Below, piece after piece: positions 24,469 through 35,011 of a DNA stretch of 39,502 bases. Origin of the DNA: Octopus bimaculoides (taxonomy: Eukaryota); contig NC_069002.1 of assembly GCF_001194135.2 (NCBI RefSeq), positions 19,444,486-19,483,987 on the forward strand, written 5' to 3'. The notes beneath the pieces were generated by a model. The model was not told the origin of the DNA. It saw only the letters and a program-made list of their open reading frames with translations, and did no database searches. The position numbers and the translations under genes were made by a program. Within the stretch, counting starts at the first letter, position 1. The number at the start of each line of letters is the position of its first letter.

Positions 24469-24806
24469 ATTATTGTAAAATCTGGTAATTAGTCATATAT
24501 TAATTAATATCGATTAATTATCAGTAGGCCAGCACATCTAAAGAATCAATTGCCCGCTCACGTTTTTGGTATGCTGCTATATTTCATGTTGAGAACAATT
24601 TAGGTTTTAATAGACACAAGATGTGATCTATTTCTAGCGCATCAATTGTCCACGTTAGTGGTCGACGTTATTTTTAAAAATGTACCTTAATCCCCTGAGA
24701 TTGCAGATACTATTTCTGAATCTCTTTGATTCTTTAGATGTGCTGGCCTACTGATAATTAATCGATAATAATTAATATATGACTAATTACCAGATTTTAC
24801 AATAAT
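24469..24806. repeat. Near-perfect inverted repeat: 81-bp arms (80/81 identical) with a 176-bp spacer; possible young MITE or local fold-back
   Basis: 24469-24549 equals the reverse complement of 24726-24806 except at one position. Confidence 0.9.
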
Positions 24807-24974
24807 TATATGTATATACATATATGTATATCCGCTTCAACGATTCATTCTTTGACTCTTTGAAACAAAATTTCTTGGAATATTGTTCTGTAATTTTCAT
24901 TTCATTCGGAGAACGTCCATAACCATATTACCATATATGACTGTGCTCCATATTGTGTTACTGTTATTTCTGTA

Positions 24975-24980
24975 GTAGTG

Positions 24981-25039
<59 letters not shown>

Positions 25040-25040
25040 T
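24975..25040. repeat. (GTA)n microsatellite
   Basis: Direct reading; the opposite-sense (CTA)n array is at 32645-32695. Confidence 0.95.
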
Positions 25041-25723
25041 GTTGCTGTTTTTGATGTTGTTGTTGTTGATGAGGATGACAACGACCATGGTGATGTGATG
25101 ATGATGACGATGATAGTTATGATGGTAATTGCATCAGTAATGTTATTTCTCTTTATTTCAGTATGAGTGAACTTTCGGTTGGTGACCCTGTCAGTTATAC
25201 TGAGAAGATTCCTGTCTTCCTGAATCTTACATTGCCAAGACTCAAGTGTGCCTGTACGTATTGCTTTCTCTTCCGTGTTTTGCTTTGAGAATTATTTCAT
25301 CTGATTTCTTTTACACAATTGTTGTTATTGCTGCTGCTGCTGCTGCTGCTGCTGTTTTCTAGGTCCTGTTCGACCTGTAAACCCTCTACTCTACGTCCAA
25401 ACGCACTCGGCCTGTGGTCATTTTGCTTTTGCTGGGATATTTATGTTCGCATTTTTCTCTGTCCTGTTTTTCCTTAAAACTGTGTCATTTGAAAGAAAAC
25501 TACTTTTGTTGCTATTTCTAGCTGGTCGAAAGTAAAAATAGTTGTTCCTTCGTTATATTATTTTTATCTTGTTGTTAAGTCAAAAACTCGAGGATTTGAC
25601 TTATTTGTGGATTACTTACCATAAGAGGATACCGAAAAAAAGTCATACTATGTCAATATATATTGAATTAAAAGTTGTTCAATGGTTGGAAAGTGGAAGC
25701 TGCTTACTTTGCTGTGGTTACTT

Positions 25724-26165
25724 GATGGGTAGCGGTACTTGAAGGGAAGCAGTGCTTGATGGGTAGCAGTACTTCAAGGGTAGCGGTACTTGAAGGGTTG
25801 GGGTACTTAAAGGATAGCGGTACATGAAGGGAAGCAGTGCTTGATGGGTAGCAGTACTTAAAGGGTAGCGGTACTTGAAGGGTAGGGGCACATGAAGGGT
25901 AGGGGTACTTGAAGGGTAGCGGTACTTCAAGGGTAGTGGTACATGAAGGGTTGGGGTACTTAAAGGGTAGCGGTACTTGAAGGGTAGCGGTACATGAAGG
26001 GTAGGGGTACTTGAAGGGTAGCGGTACTTAAAGGATAGCGGTACTTGATGGGTAGGGGTACATGAAGGGTAGCGGTACTTAAAGGGTAGCGGTACTTTAA
26101 GGGTAGTGGTACTTGAAGGTTAGCAGCAATTGAAGGGTAGCCGTATTTGAAGGGTAGCGTTTGCT
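25724..26165. repeat. 17-bp minisatellite, about 26 units, consensus GAAGGGTAGCGGTACTT
   Basis: Parsed unit by unit; the 17-bp register holds without indels from 25724 to 26165. Confidence 0.95.
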
Positions 26166-26870
26166 TACTATTTCTTTGGACTAATTTGTCAAAAAGTTTT
26201 TTATCACACCACTGTAACTCTTCCCCGATTTCAATGATTGTTTGCATTTGAAATTATTGGGAAACTCACAATGACGAAAGATTAATGACAAATTAGTCAA
26301 CAAGGAAACTAAACCTGGAGAGAAGCCCAATGAGTGTGTGTCTTTTGTGGCTTTGTAGTTCTTGCTAAAATAGAACGACGTCTTCTGGGTGATTCCATTG
26401 ATTCCTTCCTACAAATCTGTAACTGTGTGTAAATGAAATAGAATTTAGTTATACAAAATCAGTTGATAAAAGGTTCAATTTGATTCCATTGTTCTCAAAT
26501 ATCGGAATATTGTATTTAATTAAGAAATAATTAGTAAGTTTCCAAGCAAGAATATTACAAGTAAAAGTGAAGCAAACTCCCAAATTTGTAACCATCCTCG
26601 TTGATTGGTGAATTAAAATTGATCGAAGCAGCACACTAAAGAAACCGGAGACAGGGGAGACTCGAGGGAGTCTCTACATGCTTACGTGCTTTGCTCGACA
26701 TGCTGGAAATAGCCACTCATATCTCTCTAATCTCACATTAAACCACATTTCATATGCTTCGATTGAAAATGCGATTTAGGATATTGGTGATATTTGTAAT
26801 GTCTTAGAGGAATGCAGCACTTGTATAAATTTCTAAAACGTCTGTGATGGGAGAAGGACGGAGGAAAGGA

Positions 26871-26945
26871 AGGAAGGAAGGAAGGAAGGAAGGAAGAAAG
26901 GAAGGGAGGAAGGAAGGAAGAAAGGAAGAGAGGAAGGAAGGAAGT
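26871..26945. repeat. (GGAA)n microsatellite
   Basis: Direct reading. Confidence 0.93.
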
Positions 26946-28506
26946 AAATTCTGCTGAACAAAAGAAAAATTACGAAAAATGCCTTAAAGCTTACGTAGAA
27001 ATAAGTTTGCTACTCGCAAAACGATAATATTCTCATTTGATGGGTTTCATACAGTTTAATCTATGACCTGAGGCGACGGTAGAAGAGCCTTCTCATATTT
27101 AGCGTGCCGTGGAATGGATTCGGAAGCCACAGCGAAGTTTGTACTCATTAGTTTTGGTTCCGTGACTCACTTTACCTGTTCTTCGAGGTTAATAGAGTAA
27201 GTACCAGTCATGTACTGAAGAACGTTTCTTGCTCCTGCTCCTCCTGCTCCCAGATTCGTTTTATTTGAGAGGCCCCGAGGAAGAAGGGTCCACATTACAA
27301 CCCCCAATCTGATGTGGATTCAATGCAAAATGGCCAATATCTATTGTACCAAACTCCACTCTATCGCTCCAGAATAACGTCCACTCATCAAAAGAAACAG
27401 TCCAAAGACTTATGACTTACATAATGGAGGCAAGCAGGAATTGAAGCAAGAAGGTAGAATGTCAAAGAAAAACAAAGTACGCAAAATTTTTTCAAAGACA
27501 TTTCGCCTGCATCTTTAATTCTTCTGCAAAGTTATTGATTTCATTTATCTTTCAATAATTTCTTCTTAAAACCCCGAGCAAAGTTTGATAAGGCGAGTGT
27601 ATAGGGAGTTTAAACCCGACACGGGCAACAATATTGATAACACTTCTTAACAAATAGCAAGAGGAATCAAACACTAATTCCTCCGTGTTTGAACGGCGAA
27701 CATCAACGGCCAGTGGGAACTAATTTCTCGAAATCTTTTACTCTCATCCTTCACACTTCTTGCGAACATCTAACATTGCTAACAACTCAATTACTGTCTC
27801 TATAATTGCTATCATGAGAGGCAACAACACACCTTTAAACATATGCATGCATATATACACCTACGTATATAAACAAACAAATATATATACATATACATAT
27901 ATATATATACAATGTATGTATGAATGTATGTGTGCATGTGTGTATACCTGCAACTAATGCAAAATGAAGCTGCAACGCATCAATAAAAGAGAAGGATTTG
28001 TGAGTTCTTATCTCTGTTGCCTTCGAGGGGATACGATTCACGCTTGTCTCTCGTTTTCTTGTATCTCTTCCGTTGTCTATTGCCCCCTCTCCCGCTTTAT
28101 CTCTCTCTATTTACACACACACACGCATATAAATTATACATATGTATGTATAATTTGCACAAACACACGCACGCACATGTATGAATGCTTGTATCTATGT
28201 GTGTATGTATGTATAAATGTACGTAAGTATGTACTCAATTGATATCCATTTCAAAAGCTGGAAGAAACACAACAGGAGGTAAAGAACTACATACATGTAA
28301 ACACAGCTGAATGCAATTATATGTTTACTCATATGATGCAATAAAAGTTATCAACTGTTTGAAACTGAATGAGGGATCATGGTAGTATGGAGGCTTTATA
28401 TGAATAGACAACAGGTGGCTGTTTAAACAGCATGGCAAAAACACACACACACACATGTAAAAAAAATGTATGAAATATATACTTTATATAAAATTTTACA
28501 CACACA

Positions 28507-28548
<42 letters not shown>

Positions 28549-28900
28549 TAAAAATTATATATTTTATATTGAATGGGTTATATCTTCGTAAAGCATTTTT
28601 ATTAAATAATTGCTACATAAATAATGTTATACATACTATTTATATATTATATGTTATATCTATATATGTTATATATAATTGGTTACAGAAATAAATAAAT
28701 ATGTGGATATTTTCTCTCTTTGAATATATATATATTGTTAATTATATATATATATATATATATAATATAGATTTAATCAAAAGATAAAATGTGGTACTTA
28801 AAATGTTTGAGGCACCAGAATTTGGTAGGATAAAAACCAAAAACAAAATCAAAAGATTTGGTGAATAAAATTTGAAGTTAAGCAACAAAAATTCAATAGG

Positions 28901-28995
28901 TTATAGCAGTACGTACGTTTCGTACAAGCTCCATTTATTCCTGTAGTGATAGCACAACATAATGTACAATGAAAATGTTCTCCTCAGCTGCATAA
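28901..28995 (-). ncRNA. Type-I hammerhead ribozyme with palindromic stem III; predicted cleavage after GUA (between 28910 and 28909)
   Basis: Minus strand reads UUAU-GCAG-CUGAGGA-G..(extended stem II)..C-GAAA-CGUACG-U-A-CUGC-U-AUAA. All core nucleotides are present; stem I has 8 bp with one bulge; ACGUACGU is palindromic. Confidence 0.85.
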
Positions 28996-29775
28996 TGGAA
29001 TTTCATTTTAGAAAGACATTTTGAAGATGTTTGCAAAAAACAAGAGTAAGAGAAGAAAACATACCATCTCGACTATGCTGCTGTTTCACAGACAAGTGAA
29101 TCAAACAAGAATTTAAAATCTAATTGGAGTGATAGTAGTAATTTAAAATTTAGAGGAAGGTAGGTTAAGTAGTGGTAGACAGCAAGTTAGGGGTAAATCA
29201 AGCATGAGAGAAAAAAAAAGGAAATGGAAGGACAATATCCTAAGGAGTGGTAAGAATTTGGAAAAAAATTAAGGTAAGCGAATTAAGGTCAAGGTATTAA
29301 AGAAATATATCTATTCTACAGTATAAATAGAATAATACAATGAAACACTAAATTACTAAGTTTATAACTATAGGGAACAATAATAATTAGAACAAGATAA
29401 ACATATCCAGTTAAAATAAGATATAAATTAATGTGGGGTAGTATTATTTATGAGTAAAACTATAATATTAATGGCCAAAATCCAAACAGAAAGAAAGGGG
29501 GGAAGAAGGAAGAGGAAAAAAGGGAGAGGAATAAAGTTAGAAAAACAGGAGTAAATTAAGAGAATTAAAGCTAAGGTTTTCGAAAAAGTGATAGATAGAA
29601 GAGACTCAGAATAACCTAGAAAAAATGTAGGACTACTATCAGTGGGTTGGGAAAGGTTAAAATGTATTCTAAGTATATATTAAAAGTTATAACTCAAACA
29701 AAATAGTTATTAGTCAGGGAAATGAGAGAAACTAAATTAAAAAAATTAGCAAGATTTACTTTTTTAAAAAAATAT

Positions 29776-30465
29776 TTACTTTTTAAAATATTTAAAGGTG
29801 CGTGAGTAACAATGCACACATAGAACCCTAAGGTCAGATCTATTGTTAATTAGATTAGAATTATCCTTAAGTCTCAAAATTTCGTAAATTTCCATAGAGC
29901 ACAGTCCACAGCCATATCTACTATTTCTATAAGGTTGTGCTCTCCTGACAATTTCCCATTTAAGATTAAAATCAATATCATTTTCCTTCAATTCCCAAAT
30001 TTTATTAGATAATGATGTGCTATTGGCTTTATGTTTAAGTCTAAATGAAGAAAAATGGTTATATAATCGTTGTTTAAGGTTGATTGTGCAACCAACATAA
30101 ATGTAATTATTAGTTGGAGTAGCCTCCGTACATTTATAGACCACATTACGGGTTAAACAACGGCCAGATACCGGACAGTGGGGTTTAATTCTACAATTGC
30201 AATTAAGGGGCTTATTAGCTATATATATATTGCTATGTTGATTATTGATACAAGTATCTAAATTAGTTATATCAATATTGCTGGTTGTATTACTAGATAT
30301 GCAATTGATATTGCTTGAACTAGGAAGATTTATCTCATCAACTATGTTAACAGTTGAAGTATTATTATGTTCATTAACATGTGCATGATTATTGGTTGCG
30401 TTGGTGTTATTAATTATTTGGTAGTTATTTGTATTGTTATCAATAATAAGACACTTTTTTATTTT
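29776..30465 (-). pseudogene. PLE GIY-YIG endonuclease domain; stop-free 229-codon stretch, RT absent
   Basis: VVYKC..YIYVGCT..KQRLYNH..NSTSLSNKIWELK..W.I..CGLC.ME..LINNRSD..CVH. The frame stays open upstream of the tracked ORF to a TAG at 30466-30468. Confidence 0.88.
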
Positions 30466-30552
30466 CTAGGGTCCTAGCCAGTTTAATGTTTTTTCTATTT
30501 AACTTATTGATAATAGATCCTATATTGGGAACAGTATTGGCAACTTGGACAA

Positions 30553-30626
30553 TGTCTTCTACTTTAACCTTGAACTGACCAAAGCCTTGTGACTGAATTT
30601 GGTAAATGGAAACTGAAAGAAGCCCG

Positions 30627-30712
<86 letters not shown>

Positions 30713-30920
30713 ATATTCATGGGCGCGTGTATTTTTGTGTTTGTGTTTGTCCCCCTCCATCAATTGACAATCGATGTTGAAGTTTTACGTTCCCCAAATC
30801 TAGCGGTTCGGCAAAAGGGCCAATAGTAGAAGTACTAGGCTTACACAGAATAAGTTATGGGGTTGATTTCTTCGACTAAAACCCCTTATGGCAGTACTCC
30901 AACATGACCGCAGCTAAGTG
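30553..30920 (+). mobile_element. SINE family A, 5'-truncated, with (TA)n(GT)n core
   Basis: gtcttctac..gaccaaagccttgtga..ggaaactgaaagaagcccgtc, microsatellite, then the 3' half ending ctccaacatgaccgcag. Confidence 0.88.
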
Positions 30921-31639
30921 CTGTATATATAGTATATATGCAAAATACTTCCTATACATGTATGCGCGTTCGATCGCGTGTGTAGTTATCAATGTTTGCG
31001 TGTAAAACCAAGCTAAATGGAACGGATTCGATGTGGGATTGCCTGCTCGTAGCGAGGCGATTATAAAAAATGACTGTGGAGAATTGCCATAGATTTCAGT
31101 GATGAGATGATGCTAATATGATAACATCCATTGGTTCTGCAATATTAATTGCTATGAAATATAAATGGATGATATCTGCTGTGTTTACATCTGACGACAG
31201 CCTTGTGCAGTGTCTTGTTATGGTGAATGAACATTCCAGTAATAGCAGCTGAGTCTCCTTCAAGTCACGTCTTGATAACAGCAGTCGTGCATTTTGAAAT
31301 GCAGTCAAAGGATCGGTATCTCCGTAAGTAAATAATTAACCGGATCATCTGTTGGATCCGATTAGATACTAGCAACAACAGCATCAACCATTGTAACAAA
31401 GGTGCTTTGAATTATTTCCTCAACCTGCTAGAAATAGCTACCAAATTCTCCTCAAATTACATTCCATACGGTAACACACCGGATAACGTAGTCCTCGGTA
31501 AACTCTGAAATAAATATGGTGCAAGTTCATGATTGGAACACAGGATACTGCAGAATGGGATTGAAACTGGATCTTGAGATTGCCAAGTAATATTTAAAAC
31601 CATTCAACCATGTTGTGTTCACAATATTCTTTTCTACTC

Positions 31640-31768
31640 TAGGCACAAGACCCGAAATTTTTGAGGGGGTGGGGGGTGGGGTGGGGCTAGTCGATTAGAT
31701 CGACCCCAGTCGGCAACTGGTACTTAATTTATCGACCCCGAAAGGATGAAAGCAAAGTTGACCTCAGT
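31640..31768 (-). mobile_element. SINE family B, 3' half
   Basis: aggcacaagacccgaaattt..ctagtcgattagatcgaccccagt..ctggtacttaatttatcgaccccgaaaggatgaaagcaaagttgacctc. Confidence 0.85.
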
Positions 31769-32089
31769 AATCGAATGACTTGCCTGAATTAAATTTCCTC
31801 TCATCTTTATTGTGATGAATAAATGCGTCATTCTTTGGTTTCCAGTGAAGAGTTAGAAGTAGTAGTGGTAGTATGGGAGCATGCGCTGTAAGAGCGTGTC
31901 GCTGCATCCACCATTTATCGGTGATTCTCTCCTCCTGGAAAACGACAAATTTTCCAACACTCAAGCGACCACCCTCGAACCCATGTGACTGTTTGGGTAG
32001 TGGTTAGCGGTGAGGATTTTACGTGATCGGAATGTAAAATCCTTCCTCAACCTCTTACAGTCGCCTTTTACCACAGGCAAAGGATATGC

Positions 32090-32225
32090 CGGTTCCCACC
32101 CAGCACTGGAGCAACGTCATATGAAATGTTTTCCTCAAGAACACTAAACGCTGCCCACTCCGAGAATCGAACTTACAATCGTCAGATTGTGAGTTCAACA
32201 TTAATCACAAGATCACATATCTTCA
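32090..32225 (-). mobile_element. tRNA-derived SINE family C fragment
   Basis: Reverse strand has B-box-like aagttcgattctc followed by gtgttcttgaggaaaacatttcat..gttgctccagt. Confidence 0.6.
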
Positions 32226-32473
32226 CAGTACGAATATGGCTACATTAAATTAACTGCCCTATAAATGTCTCATGCTCGTTCAGAAGTGAGATTTGAACTC
32301 AGAACTCTCATAACGGAATACAGAAAATAAGCACCAATTAACTCAGAAACGGGAACCTGGCCATTGTCTTCATCACACTTCATTCTTAGAGCAAAAGAAA
32401 TGGTTTCTTTTGCTTTAGAGTTTCTTAACGAATCTTCTTTCATAAGGCACGAAAAATGACACGTTGCTGTGTG

Positions 32474-32513
<40 letters not shown>

Positions 32514-32636
32514 TGATCGTGGTTTCTCTTACATATTGTGTACATATGTAATTTTAAAAGAAAGTAGCACTTCACACTGCACATTCCATGTCTTTATTTT
32601 CTTCGATTATCACCATCACCATCACCACCACCGCAG

Positions 32637-32696
<60 letters not shown>

Positions 32697-33118
32697 TTTC
32701 TTCCCGCTTCTTTTTGACGTCATTTCTTCATCAGGTAGAAGAGATATAATATTCCTCCATTCACCTTCAACTTATATTTCACCATCATCATCTTCGCCAT
32801 CGTCCCCATGGTGATCGTCGTCGACATTGTTATGGCTGCTGTTGTTGTTGCCGTGGTTATTGTTGCTGTAGACATAGGAATAGAGAGTGGAGTGGGGTTG
32901 AGGGGTTCGTTAGTACATAGATTTGCATTTAATAATGTAATTATATAAATAATTAATATATTTATATATTCTTATGGGAGATGTCGTTAGTCAACACTAT
33001 ATTAATTATAGCTTTTCCTTTGTTCTAATTTATAGATTCCCCCAATTTCTTTTTCGTTATTTTACAGAAGTCGTAATAGCATGCAATCCTCTGAATATTT
33101 AATAAATTTAAATAATTA

Positions 33119-33169
<51 letters not shown>

Positions 33170-34098
33170 ATATATATATATATACACACACACGCACACA
33201 TACACACGTAGAGGCACGAACGTGTACATGTATATAATTACATATACTCACATACAAATGCATGCCTGCTCATATATGTATAAATACACGCATATACAGA
33301 AACATATATATATATATATAAATATATATGTATATATATATAAATAAATAAATATATATATACATATATATATNNNNNNNNNNNNNNNNNNNNNNNNNNN
33401 NNNNNNNNNNNNNNNNNNNNNNNNNNNNNNNNNNNNNNNNNNNNNNNNNNNNNNNNNNNNNNNNNNNNNNNNNNNNNNNNNNNNNNNNNNNNNNNNNNNN
33501 NNNNNNNNNNNNNNNNNNNNNNNNNNNNNNNNNNNNNNNNNNNNNNNNNNNNNNNNNNNNNNNNNNNNNNNNNNNNNNNNNNNNNNNNNNNNNNNNNNNN
33601 NNNNNNNNNNNNNNNNNNNNNNNNNNNNNNNNNNNNNNNNNNNNNNNNNNNNNNNNNNNNNNNNNNNNNNNNNNNNNNNNNNNNNNNNNNNNNNNNNNNN
33701 NNNNNNNNNNNNNNNNNNNNNNNNNNNNNNNNNNNNNNNNNNNNNNNNNNNNNNNNNNNNNNNNNNNNNNNNNNNNNNNNNNNNNNNNNNNNNNNNNNNN
33801 NNNNNNNNNNNNNNNNNNNNNNNNNNNNNNNNNNNNNNNNNNNNNNNNNNNNNNNNNNNNNNNNNNNNNNNNNNNNNNNNNNNNNNNNNNNNNNNNNNNN
33901 NNNNNNNNNNNNNNNNNNNNNNNNNNNNNNTATATATATATATATATATATATTGATATATATTGATAGGAAGGACAACAAAAGAAAGAAAGAGTCCTCA
34001 ATATTATGTAAATAGAGGAATTTATCTGTAAAAAATATGTGACACTTATTCGGTACCCATGATAAAACTCCGAGTTTCGGCAGCTGAGGTGGGAGCCC

Positions 34099-34672
34099 AC
34101 GCCAACATCTCTTCAGTTATCCGGCCATTGAAAATTCTTGTGAAAAATGACCGTTAAACAAAAGGAAATTACTGTGTGATTGACGGTCATTAAGACAAAA
34201 GAGCTATAGACCGCTATGTAAGGGGAAGGGGTAAAAGTAAGGGAGTAGGGAAGTCTATAGTGTTCGCGTAAGCGCACCAATCTGTACATTCGCTTATATT
34301 TATATACTAAACCACCCTTGCTTGAAGCACACACATGCTCACCCACATACTCGCCAAAAACTATACAGATACGTACATATACATATAAACACTCGCATAC
34401 ACACCCACACTCACCCGCACACAATGACCCCTCACCCATACACACGCACGCAAAATGTTTTTTTAATTATAGGCGAATGTACGGATTAGTGCGCCTATTG
34501 GTGCGCGAACACTATAGAGTTCTCTACTCCCTTACTTTACCCCCTCCCCTTACTTAGCGGTCAAAAACTCCTTTGTCTTAATGACGGTCAACCACACAGT
34601 AATTTCTTTTTGTCTAACGATCATTTGTCACAGGAATTTTCAATGGCTGGACAACGGAAGAGATGTTGGCGT
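34099..34672. mobile_element. Fold-back/MITE-like element with ~200-bp diverged inverted arms; right end lost in a gap
   Basis: 34099-34298 is a diverged reverse complement (about 80% by eye) of 34468-34672; CA-rich spacer of about 170 bp. Confidence 0.75.
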
Positions 34673-34972
34673 NNNNNNNNNNNNNNNNNNNNNNNNNNNN
34701 NNNNNNNNNNNNNNNNNNNNNNNNNNNNNNNNNNNNNNNNNNNNNNNNNNNNNNNNNNNNNNNNNNNNNNNNNNNNNNNNNNNNNNNNNNNNNNNNNNNN
34801 NNNNNNNNNNNNNNNNNNNNNNNNNNNNNNNNNNNNNNNNNNNNNNNNNNNNNNNNNNNNNNNNNNNNNNNNNNNNNNNNNNNNNNNNNNNNNNNNNNNN
34901 NNNNNNNNNNNNNNNNNNNNNNNNNNNNNNNNNNNNNNNNNNNNNNNNNNNNNNNNNNTATACACATATATA

Positions 34973-35011
34973 TAAGAGTAGGAGTCGCTGTGTAGTAAGT
35001 AGCTTGCTTAC
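34973..35011 (+). mobile_element. SINE family A head, split by the 2-kb insertion; the remainder resumes at 37024
   Basis: gtaggagtcgctgtgtagtaagtagcttgcttac matches the head of the copy at 16820. Confidence 0.85.

Larger units (their letters stand above)
28765..30550 (-). mobile_element. Penelope-like element remnant (linker, GIY-YIG endonuclease, 3' region with hammerhead); Naiad-like motif pattern
   Basis: TVPNIGSIINKLNRK, then a frameshift, then an Asn-rich linker, CNCRIKPHCPVSGRCLTRNVVYKC and GIY-YIG; ~780-nt 3' region; hammerhead at 28901-28995. The Naiad assignment is inferred from motif recall. Confidence 0.85.

Noticed and set aside
25724-26165. Regularly spaced repeats as a possible CRISPR array
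   Set aside because: Units are head-to-tail with no unique spacers, the context is eukaryotic, and no cas genes are present.
26160-26400. Possible minus-strand host exon(s) (IIEIGEELQWCDKKLFDKLVQRN followed by gtaagc; QELQSHKRHTLIGLLS)
   Set aside because: No recognisable homology, weak or ambiguous splice sites, and no partner exons; needs RNA-seq.
30960-31600. Complex-looking sequence with a 70-aa minus ORF, as a possible transposase or exon
   Set aside because: No motif recognised in any frame I examined.
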